The notes under the pieces were generated by a model. It made no database searches and was not told where the DNA came from. It saw only the letters and a program-made list of their open reading frames with translations. From NCBI GenBank assembly GCA_041619515.1, contig JBFKDW010000002.1:1-53368 (forward strand): a DNA stretch of 53,368 bases, read 5' to 3'. This document shows positions 50,137 through 53,368 of the stretch, piece after piece. The number at the start of each line of letters is the position of its first letter. Position 1 is the stretch's first letter. Source of the DNA: Acidimicrobiia bacterium (lineage in GTDB: Bacteria; Actinomycetota; Acidimicrobiia; Spongiisociales; SHLN01). Both the position numbers and the translations under genes were made by a program.

Positions 50137-50343
50137 CAGCGGTCGCTGCGAGCGGCACCACCGGTCGCTACCGGAGGAAGCTCAGCCGATTCGGGCATAC
50201 AGGAGACCTCCCGGCGACGGTTGGTCGGGTTCATGTTCCCCGAAACTAGCAGCCGGTCTTTGCCCCCTTTTCAATCGTTTGCTTTCCCCAGAGCAACTCC
50301 GTACGCTGCCCCGGGACGGGTCAGTTTTCCTCTGGAGGCATCA

Positions 50344-51741
50344 ATGAGACAGATCACCCGAGTTCTCGTGCTGCTTGTTGCATTGGCGATGGTTGCGGCA
50401 GCATGTGGTGGCGACGACACTTCCGACGATACGACGACGACAACTGCCGGTGACGGCGGGCAGGCGACGACCACCACGGCAGCGGACGTCACCACGACCA
50501 CCGGCGCCGAGCCGATGGAGCCGTACGTCTTCGCAGCGTCGCTCCCGCTGACCGGTGACTTCGCCATCCCCGGCTCCAAGCACAACGACGGCTACAAGTA
50601 CTGCGTCGACGAGATCAACCGCCTGGGCGGGCTGGACGGTCATCTGGTGGAGTACATCGGCGACGACAACCAGTCGACGCCGGAGCAGGCCGTTGCTCAG
50701 ATCCAGCGGCACATCGACGTCGAGGGAGCCGACGTCTTGCTCGGCACGTTCTCGAGCCTGCTGACGTTCCCGGCTTCGACGGAAGCCTTGAGCGCCGGGA
50801 TGGTGTACCCGGTTCCGTCGGGTGGAGCCCTGCGAATTTGGGAGCGGGGTTACGACAACATCTTCTACTTCCAGCAGAACGCAGCCGAGCTCATCGGCTT
50901 CTCACCGCTGGCCATGATCGAGTACTACGTCGACCAAGGGATCATCGACGCAACGCCTGCCTCGGTTGCCATCGTCGACGCCGACGATTTCTTCGCTTCT
51001 GCGATCGTGACCGGCCTGGTGGGCGGCGACGTTCGTTTGCCCGGGGGTGGGGACGTCATCGCTGAGGTTCCCGGCTTCCTGAACGACCCCAGGTTCTCCG
51101 ACACCAAAGTCGTCTTCCAAGAGACGTGGCCGATCCCGTTCACCGACTGGATCACGCTGGCCAACGGGATGAAGAACAGCGGAGCCGAGATGGTGTTCGC
51201 CGCCACCGCTTCACCAGATGAGACCATCTCGCTGGTGAACGCCATGGCCACGGTTGACTATCAGCCCAAGCTGGTGTGGATGTCGCAGGGCGCACAGAGC
51301 GAGTTCAGGGATACGCTGGCGGGCAATGAGCAGCACATCACCGTGCATGCCTCGTGGCACCCACTCGCCAACTACGCGAGCACGCTGGCGGGCCAGGACT
51401 ACACCAACCAGGACTTCATCGACGGGTTCACCGCTTCCTTCGGGCGTCCCCCCGACGAGGACGAGGCGATCCCGTTTGCGGTATGCCAGGGTATGGCTCA
51501 GGCAATCCTCGGCGCCGGGAGCGCAGACAACGCCGCTTTGCAGGAGTGGCTCCACGCCCGTACCGCCGACGACCCGGTGAAGACCGTGCTCGGTGACTTC
51601 TACTGGGACGAGCGCGGGCTGCCGATCGAGCGCTCGCACATCATGGTGCAATGGCAGGACGAAGAACTGGTGTTCGTCTACCCGGTGGGCGACTTCCCCG
51701 GTACGGTCGACCTGGTCTTCCCGAAGGCAGAGTTCCAGTAG
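50344..51741 (+). CDS. Branched-chain amino acid-type ABC substrate-binding lipoprotein
   Basis: Lipobox VAAACGG, Thr-rich linker, LPLTG, IN..GG..G, DNQS.P. Confidence 0.9.
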   Translation: MRQITRVLVLLVALAMVAAACGGDDTSDDTTTTTAGDGGQATTTTAADVTTTTGAEPMEPYVFAASLPLTGDFAIPGSKHNDGYKYCVDEINRLGGLDGHLVEYIGDDNQSTPEQAVAQIQRHIDVEGADVLLGTFSSLLTFPASTEALSAGMVYPVPSGGALRIWERGYDNIFYFQQNAAELIGFSPLAMIEYYVDQGIIDATPASVAIVDADDFFASAIVTGLVGGDVRLPGGGDVIAEVPGFLNDPRFSDTKVVFQETWPIPFTDWITLANGMKNSGAEMVFAATASPDETISLVNAMATVDYQPKLVWMSQGAQSEFRDTLAGNEQHITVHASWHPLANYASTLAGQDYTNQDFIDGFTASFGRPPDEDEAIPFAVCQGMAQAILGAGSADNAALQEWLHARTADDPVKTVLGDFYWDERGLPIERSHIMVQWQDEELVFVYPVGDFPGTVDLVFPKAEFQ

Positions 51742-51761
51742 CCGTACGGACAGCACTGCTG

Positions 51762-51797
51762 GGCAGATGGGGCGCCCCCCGCGGTGCCCCATCTGCC
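51762..51797 (+). terminator. Strong intergenic hairpin (mRNA-stabilising or partial terminator)
   Basis: GGCAGATGGGGC...GCCCCATCTGCC, a 12-bp perfect stem just after the SBP stop; no U-tract. Confidence 0.6.
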
Positions 51798-51843
51798 TTC
51801 GCCTCCGGCGTGGCCGAAGGCAATGGGGAAGGGAGGAAGTGAC

Positions 51844-52581
51844 GTGGCGGTGACCCTGGAGGTCTCCGATCTCAACAAGCGCTTTGGCGGAATCCACGCC
51901 GTCAAAGACTGCAGCTTCGCCGTCGAACGCGGCTCGATCACGTCGCTCATCGGACCGAACGGGGCCGGCAAGACAACCTGCTTCAACCTCATCAACCACG
52001 TCATTCGCCCCGACTCGGGCACCGTCCGGTTCGAAGGGCGCGACGTCACCGGGAAGATGCCACACAAACTCACCCGTCTCGGCATAGGTCGGACATTTCA
52101 GGTGACGCGAACGCTGGGTGACATGACCGTGCTCGAGAACATGGTGGTGGGCTCGTCGGACGGAAACGTCCGGAGCATCTTCGGTTCGCGAATGCTCGAC
52201 CACGAGATCGACCGTGCCCTCGGACTGCTCGAGTTCGTCGGCATCGCCGAGTACGCCTACACCAACGCCGAGGCCCTCTCCTACGGGCAGCGCAAACTGC
52301 TCGAGTTCTCGGCGGTGCTGATGTCCGATCCGCAGATCGTGCTCCTCGACGAGCCCGCCGGTGGCGTCAATCCCTCTCTCCTCAAACGGATGGTGGCCCG
52401 TATCAGGGAACTCAACGGCCAAGGACTCACCTTCTTCATCGTCGAGCACAACATGGACCTCGTCATGGACATCAGCGATTCGGTGATCGTCATGGCCCAC
52501 GGAGAGGTGCTCCTGCACGGGACGCCCGATGAAGTGCAGAGCGACCGGCGGGTCCTCGACGCCTATCTGGGGAAGGCGTGA
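51844..52581 (+). CDS. livG: ABC ATP-binding protein, LivG-like
   Basis: GPNGAGKTT, RTFQ, LSYGQRK, LLDEP..GVNP, VEHNM, AYLG. Confidence 0.92.
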   Translation: MAVTLEVSDLNKRFGGIHAVKDCSFAVERGSITSLIGPNGAGKTTCFNLINHVIRPDSGTVRFEGRDVTGKMPHKLTRLGIGRTFQVTRTLGDMTVLENMVVGSSDGNVRSIFGSRMLDHEIDRALGLLEFVGIAEYAYTNAEALSYGQRKLLEFSAVLMSDPQIVLLDEPAGGVNPSLLKRMVARIRELNGQGLTFFIVEHNMDLVMDISDSVIVMAHGEVLLHGTPDEVQSDRRVLDAYLGKA

Positions 52582-53318
52582 TGGCACTCCTCGAGATCCG
52601 CAATGTGAACGCCGGCTACGGGAAGGGACCCGACATCCTCAGGGGCTTGTCGCTCGAGATCGAAGCCGGCCAGTCGTACTGCATCATCGGGCCAAACGGG
52701 GCGGGCAAGTCGACCCTGCTCAAGGTCATCTCGGGCCTGCTCCCACCGCGCTCCGGCGAGGTGGTTTTCAAGGACGTGCCGTTCAACGGAGCTCGCCCCG
52801 ACCAAGTCCTCGCCGCCGGGATCTGTTTCGTGCCCCAGGACCAGGCGGTGTTCCCGGAGATGAGCGTGCGGGAGAACCTGACCATCGGTGCCTACCTGGA
52901 GCGAGACCGAAAGGTGATCAAGGAACGGATGGAGCGGGTGTTCGAGCTGTTCCCGATCCTGGCCGAGCGCGCTTCGCAGGACGGCGGAACGATGTCCGGC
53001 GGCCAGCAGCAGATGCTGGCGCTGGGGCGAGCCCTCATGATCGATCCGGCAGTGATGATGCTCGACGAGCCCAGCCTGGGACTGGCTCCTCAGATCGCCG
53101 ACCAGATCTTCGCAACGATCAGGGAGCTGGAAGCCCTCGGGATCACCATTGTGATGGTCGAGCAGAACGCAGTGCGCGGGCTGGAACTGGCAGATTGGGG
53201 CGTCGTCCTCGACCTCGGTATCGTCCGGTTCGAGGGACCGGCCGACACGATTCTCGATGACCCGCGCATCCGCGAGCTGTACCTCGGCAAGGCGGTCGGC
53301 AGTGAGGGCACGACATGA
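52578..53318 (+). CDS. livF: ABC ATP-binding protein, LivF-like
   Basis: GPNGAGKST, FP.L.ER, MSGGQQQM, DEPSLGLAP, VEQN, YLG. Confidence 0.93.
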   Translation: MMALLEIRNVNAGYGKGPDILRGLSLEIEAGQSYCIIGPNGAGKSTLLKVISGLLPPRSGEVVFKDVPFNGARPDQVLAAGICFVPQDQAVFPEMSVRENLTIGAYLERDRKVIKERMERVFELFPILAERASQDGGTMSGGQQQMLALGRALMIDPAVMMLDEPSLGLAPQIADQIFATIRELEALGITIVMVEQNAVRGLELADWGVVLDLGIVRFEGPADTILDDPRIRELYLGKAVGSEGTT

Positions 53319-53368
53319 CCGAGATCATCCAGGTCGTGATATTCGGTCTGCTCCTCGGCGGCGTCTAC
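53315..53368 (+). CDS. ABC permease, LivH-like, N-terminal fragment
   Basis: MTEIIQVVIFGLLLGGVY; ATGA overlap with livF. Confidence 0.75.
   Translation, partial: MTEIIQVVIFGLLLGGVY

Noticed and set aside
50415..50505. ACG/ACC-rich repeats resembling a tandem repeat or array
   Set aside because: They encode the Thr-rich linker of the lipoprotein; there is no repeat-spacer structure
1..53368. Alternative genetic code (UGA = Trp/Gly) as the explanation for the in-frame TGAs
   Set aside because: Many genes end at TGA exactly where their families end (including ATGA overlaps), and Trp is encoded by TGG

Overview
A GC-rich, gene-dense 53 kb bacterial window, most likely from an actinobacterium. 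Thr-rich lipoprotein linkers after AACGG lipoboxes, F420/LLM enzymes and apparently leaderless genes suggest Acidimicrobiia, but this is inference. About 54 CDS are present, almost all for small-molecule uptake and catabolism: NitT/TauT and Liv-type ABC systems, MFS/EamA/TauE transporters, and paired ALDHs, Zn-ADHs, amidohydrolases, cyclases, LLMs and crotonases. There is also an HpsN-like HisD paralogue, an orphan Mo-hydroxylase large subunit, GH88 and an ATP-type PEPCK. I saw no rRNA, tRNA, CRISPR array or mobile element. The main hidden signal is two genes that the ORF track splits at an in-frame TGA lying exactly at the catalytic Cys/Sec position: an iodothyronine-deiodinase-like protein (17791-18474, +, GAIT-U-PPF) and an AhpE/BCP-type peroxiredoxin-like protein (26350-26883, -, FDFGHV-U-SHE). 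Both UGAs are followed by the same RNA element, UGA + 10 nt + 6-bp stem + AGUU loop closed by C-G, with different stem sequences. This is a candidate lineage-specific bacterial SECIS, so the window appears to hold two selenoproteins embedded in a catabolic island.
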